Assembly (NCBI RefSeq): GCF_018420025.1
Contig: NZ_JAEDAM010000038.1
Coordinates: 1 to 11,676, forward strand
Length of the DNA stretch: 11,676 nucleotides
Origin: Candidatus Vampirococcus lugosii
Lineage (GTDB): Bacteria > Patescibacteriota > Gracilibacteria > Absconditabacterales > Absconditicoccaceae
Reading direction: 5' to 3'
How positions within the stretch are numbered: position 1 is the stretch's first letter; the number at the start of each line of letters is the position of its first letter. The translations under genes and the position numbers were made by a program. Below the pieces are notes generated by a model. That model was not told the origin of the DNA, made no database searches, and saw only the letters and a list, made by a program, of their open reading frames with translations. Below are positions 7,501-11,676 of this stretch, in pieces.

Positions 7501-10500
7501 ATGAAAAAAATATTTTTGTTTTTATTTTTTATTCTATTTACAAATTTTTCTTATTGAAATTGAGTTGATATAAATTCTTGATTATCGGATCAAGCATTAG
7601 AATGAGTTCAATGATTTGCAAAAGATAGTGAATGAAATGTTTATGTTTGAGTTGCTAATGTAAAATGAAATTGACTTTATAAATTTGATTTTGATAATAA
7701 TTCTTGGGAAAAAATAATTTGATCACCGACATATTGATCTACAAGAAAACCTGAAATTATTCAATGAAGTGATTGAAATGATTATTTATTCTCTAGATCT
7801 CATATTTTAAATTTGTCAGATATTGAATCTGGTTGGTATAGTCCTAAAAAAATACCTGATAAAATTATTGATAAATATGATCCAGAAGAATACAAAGAAG
7901 CAAAAAGACTAAAATCACATTTGTATATGCAATTTGTTAGAGCTTGAGAATGAAGATTTTTGTTGGCAACAAGGAAATGATGAAATCCTATTATTTTGGC
8001 TTATGATCCAGTAAATCAAGAATGGGAAGACTTAAATTTTCCATATAAAGATTTGGATGGCAAACCTCATATCACACTTACAGAAATAGATTGAGTAGTT
8101 TTTTATAAAAGTAATTATTCTTGACTTTTTGCTTATCAAAATTGAATTTGGAACAGAATTACTCATAACAGAAGAGTTTTTAGATGAGAAACAAAATCAG
8201 AACATTCTTCTATGGCTTTTGGTTGGAATTGAAATAAAGATGATAGAGAAATTTATTATTCATATACTCCGATAAATGCAACACAAATCACAAGTGATAA
8301 ATTATTAAAAATGAATTGATATACTTTTAGTGAAAAAACTTCTGGTAAATGGGAAATTAGAGATAATTGATGAAGATTTGCAGAACATGTTTTGATAGAT
8401 TCTTCTTGGAAAGAATACAATAAATGATCTTGATATTGATTTTCTTGTAGACCACTACTTGATATAGCATATTGTATAGATGGTAGATTTTGATGATATT
8501 TTAAATTAGATAATTGAATATCTCAAATTCCAGATTATACTAATTGACTTTGATTAAATTTATGAAATACTTCATTATGAGTTAGAAGCAGTATAACTAA
8601 TGGAAATGATATATTTTTATTGATTAGATATAATTGAAAACAAACTATCAGAAAAATGACTTTTGATAAAAATGAAAATTGACAAATTGCAACTAATTTT
8701 GATAGTAATTACTCTTCTTATCTTGATTTTATATCTCCAAAATGATGAGCAATTTTGGAAAATTGAGATATTTTAATTTGATGAAATTTGAATAATAAAT
8801 CTTATTTATTTAGATATTCAAAAGATTATGAACAAAAAGATAAATATTTATTAACTTGAGATTTGGTACATATACAATGAAGTATAAATAATAAATATAC
8901 TTGAATTCTTACTACCGAAAAACTTTATTTATATGAAAATTGAAAAAAAATTTGGACTAGTGATATGAGTTGAAAATGAATTAAAGTAAATGATTACAAT
9001 AATGATAAACAACAAAAAAATCGTATTTCTGTATGAAATAATTGAAAAATTGCTATTTTGTATAATAAAAATATTGCTGTATTTCAAGATTGAAAAAGTA
9101 TTTTTGAAGAATATTTTGATAAAACCTATACTAATGATATAGCAATAGATAGTGATAAAAATAATATTTATGTTACTGGTTATCAACAATTTAATAATTT
9201 ACAAGTAGCTGTAATTTTTGCTTATGAAATTTGAAAAGAATGAATAATTTGGGATACTTGGAATTTCAATAAAAATGAACTTTCTGAAACTGAAAATATG
9301 GCTGATACTAGATGATATAGAATACAAATTTGACAAAATTGAGATTTATATTTTGCTGGTGAATCTGCTGGATGAAATACTATTTTTAGATGGAATTGAA
9401 AAAATTTAAAAACTTGAACTTTAAATGGGTGAGATATGTATAATGCATCTTGGTGAATAAGTGGTGCGGCTCATTTGTGATATTTATGAAGAATAGATAC
9501 TGATACTTGAGAAGTAAAACAATGACAAATTATAGTACCGAGATTGTCAAATTGAAATTGAAACACTTTTAGATCAAAAAATTGAGAAATAAATATTGAT
9601 AAAGATTGAAATGTAATTTTTATGGCTATATCTGCTTGTTGTGGACCAAATAGAGATTTTTTGTCAATAAATTGAGAAAGACTTGGTAAATATAGTTGAT
9701 GAGATAATATACTTTATATAACTGATAAAACTTTGAACGAAAGAATTCTTTGGACAAGTTTATCTGCTAATTTGGAATGACAAGAACAATGAAAATCCGT
9801 TTCTAGATGAGTTTTGGTTTGAGATGATATTTTTTATATTTTGAATGAAGTTGAAGAATGAGAAGTTTTTACTACTGATAATGCAAATATTTCTTCAAGA
9901 GATAAAGAATTACAAGCACAATTATTGGAAGTAATTTTACCATGATCCGAAAATCCTTGAAAAGATGAAAATTTTGAAGAAAAAGATCAAAAATCTATTA
10001 TGATAGATGAAATTTCTGTTAAAGATTCTATTAATTATAATGATAATTTTTTGGATATTGATATTCAACTTTTGGATGTAAATAAATTTGATAAACTTGA
10101 AATTTATTTAAAAAATAAAAATGATGATTTATTTGAACAAAAGAATATTTCTTTGGAAAAAAATCAAAATAATTTATCTATAAAATTGGAACTTAATTGA
10201 TTATATGATTATAATCAAGATCAATTAAAATTGGAAATAAATGTTTTTGATAATGATTTATCGGAATATAGTGATATGAAATTGATTAATATAACTTTCA
10301 ATTGAGAAGAAAAAGAAGAAAAAGAAGAAAAAGAAGAAAAAGAAGAAAAAGAAGAAAAAGAAGAAAAAAAATATGAAATAAAATTTGATTTAGAGCCACA
10401 AGGTTTAAATTTGGAAATAAAAGATAAAGATTGAAATATAATTGATTGAGAAAATAATAATTTTTGTATAAATTCTCTTTGAGATTTAGTTAAAAACTAT

Positions 10501-11676
10501 AATAAAGAAACAAGTGTAGTAAATAATTATGAAGAATTAAAAAATGCAATAAATATAGCTAATAATCGTTCAAATAAAGATAAATGGTATGAAATAATTA
10601 TTAAAAAATGAAATTATAATTTAAAAAATTGATTTAAAGTTAATTGAGATAAAATAATTTTTAGATGAGAAACTGGAAATCCAGAAGATGTAATATTAAA
10701 CTGAAAATGAATGAATTGATCAATATCTCATTGATTTTGGATATTATGAAATGATATTATCATATGAGATATGAGTATAGGGAAAGTAGCAAATCATGCA
10801 ATTCAAATTCATTGAGAAAAAGATGCAGATAATTTTTGGCTTTATAATTCAAAAATTTTTGATACTTGAGAACAAATGATAAAATGATCTTATGCAAACA
10901 ATGATTATTGAACAGATAATTGAATTATACAATGTAGTAAATTTGAATATACTGCTTGAATTTGACCACAATTTTATATATGATGAATAGATGTGCATTT
11001 TTGAAAAAATTGGATAATAAAGGATAATATCTTTAAAAATATAATAAGTCCAGAAAAAAAATTAGCTGAACATGCAATACATTTTTGGTCAAATAGTAAA
11101 TGAACAACAGTAAAAAGAAATAAAATATATAATTGCGATAGATGAATATGATTTTGAATGTGATCAAAAGCAAATAAATGACATAAATGATGAATAATAA
11201 TTGACAATATTATTTATACTAATTCTAATAAATGAGATGTTTGAATATGATTAGAAAACTCATATTGAACAGAAGTATTGAATAATACAATTTTTTTGGA
11301 TAATAAATATCAAAATGCTATAGAATATCGTTTTTCTTGAACAAAAGATGTAATAATAAAAAACAATTTGACAAATAAACTTATAAAAAGTAGAAATTCT
11401 TGAAAAGCAAAACTTGAAAATAATATTAATAATGCAGAAAAAAAATGGTTTAAATCAGTTGATAATTATAATTTTGATTTAAATGAAGAATATAAAAATT
11501 CATTAAAATTAGATTGAATATGAGCAAATACATTTAATAATCTTTATAATTTGAAAAATTGAGAATATACTTATATTGCAAGCTTAACTTGATATATTGA
11601 AAAACAAAATAATTTTGTAGTTGACTGAAAAAATAAAGAAATAATAATTAAACTACAAAAAGAAATAGAAAAAGAA
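7501..11676 (+). CDS. Very large secreted or surface protein (3' partial, at least 1392 aa): signal peptide, beta-propeller-like repeats, (EEK)7 linker, right-handed parallel beta-helix-like C-terminal region (table 25)
   Basis: The ATG at 7501 gives MKKIFLFLFFILFTNFSYG.., a Sec-type signal peptide. The frame is open to the window end when TGA is sense (4176 nt, a multiple of 3). The N-terminal part has recurring D/NxxGN(I/V)Y(V/F) strand motifs: DSEGNVYVGV, DGNDYLFS, DSDKNNIYVTGY, QNGDLYFAGESAGGN, DKDGNVIFMAIS. These resemble SBBP/NHL-style propeller blades. After the EEK repeat comes YEELKNAINIANN...YEIIIKKGNYNL...IIFRGETGNPEDVILNGKG...ANHAIQIHG...NSKIFDTGEQ...NKIYNCDRGIGFG...GGIIIDNIIY...IGLENSYGTEVLNNTIF, typical of PbH1 / pectate-lyase-fold beta-helix coils. 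Confidence 0.85.
10306..10368 (+). repeat. Perfect tandem repeat (GAAGAAAAA)x7, in frame, encoding (Glu-Glu-Lys)7
   Basis: Seven exact 9-bp units were read directly from the sequence. They lie in frame with the 7501 ORF (10306-7501 = 2805, a multiple of 3) and are followed by AAA TAT. Confidence 0.95.

Noticed and set aside
10306-10368. CRISPR-like or regulatory repeat array
   Set aside because: The units are contiguous 9-mers with no spacers and lie in frame inside a CDS, so this is a coding microsatellite. No CRISPR repeat-spacer architecture exists anywhere in the window.
8929-11207. Standard-code minus-strand ORFs 8929..9189 and 10974..11207
   Set aside because: They are antisense shadows inside the 7501..11676 plus-strand gene, with Ile/Phe-rich low-complexity products.
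1-11676. TGA read as tryptophan (table 4, Mycoplasma/Spiroplasma-type) as the explanation for read-through ORFs
   Set aside because: TGA falls on invariant Gly positions: the P-loop GxxxxGKT, TOPRIM E-G, PCQ-G, GxGVP and FGxExxG. TGG is still used frequently at Trp-like positions. Reading TGA as Trp would give roughly 6-10% Trp proteins with destroyed nucleotide-binding loops.

Overview
This window is very AT-rich and looks almost ORF-free under the standard code, because TGA is used as a sense codon. Reading TGA as glycine (translation table 25, known from Gracilibacteria/BD1-5 and Absconditabacteria/SR1 CPR bacteria) resolves it into tightly packed genes whose invariant glycines fall on TGA. 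Plus strand: a small, anomalously GC-rich ORF with a Shine-Dalgarno site and a strong terminator (141-404), then a SpoU/TrmH-type RNA methyltransferase (441-977). Minus strand, 1119-7221, is a roughly 6 kb defence island. It holds a truncated HSDR_N plus HsdM-N-terminal protein, a complete C5 cytosine methyltransferase, a putative PD-(D/E)xK restriction endonuclease and a roughly 60-aa HsdS C-terminal remnant. It ends in a three-gene cassette: an OLD-family ABC-ATPase/TOPRIM nuclease (frameshifted in a 7-nt homopolymer), a TIGR02391/Ymh-like HEPN protein with an Rx4H motif, and a DUF2188 protein. After a 279-bp AT-rich divergent spacer, a giant secreted protein starts at 7501 and is still open at the window end (1392 codons or more). 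It has beta-propeller-like repeats, a (GAAGAAAAA)x7 = (EEK)7 linker and a right-handed beta-helix-like C-terminal region. No tRNA, rRNA, CRISPR array, transposase or integrase was seen. All family calls rest on motif recognition by eye after manual table-25 translation; no HMM or BLAST search was run.
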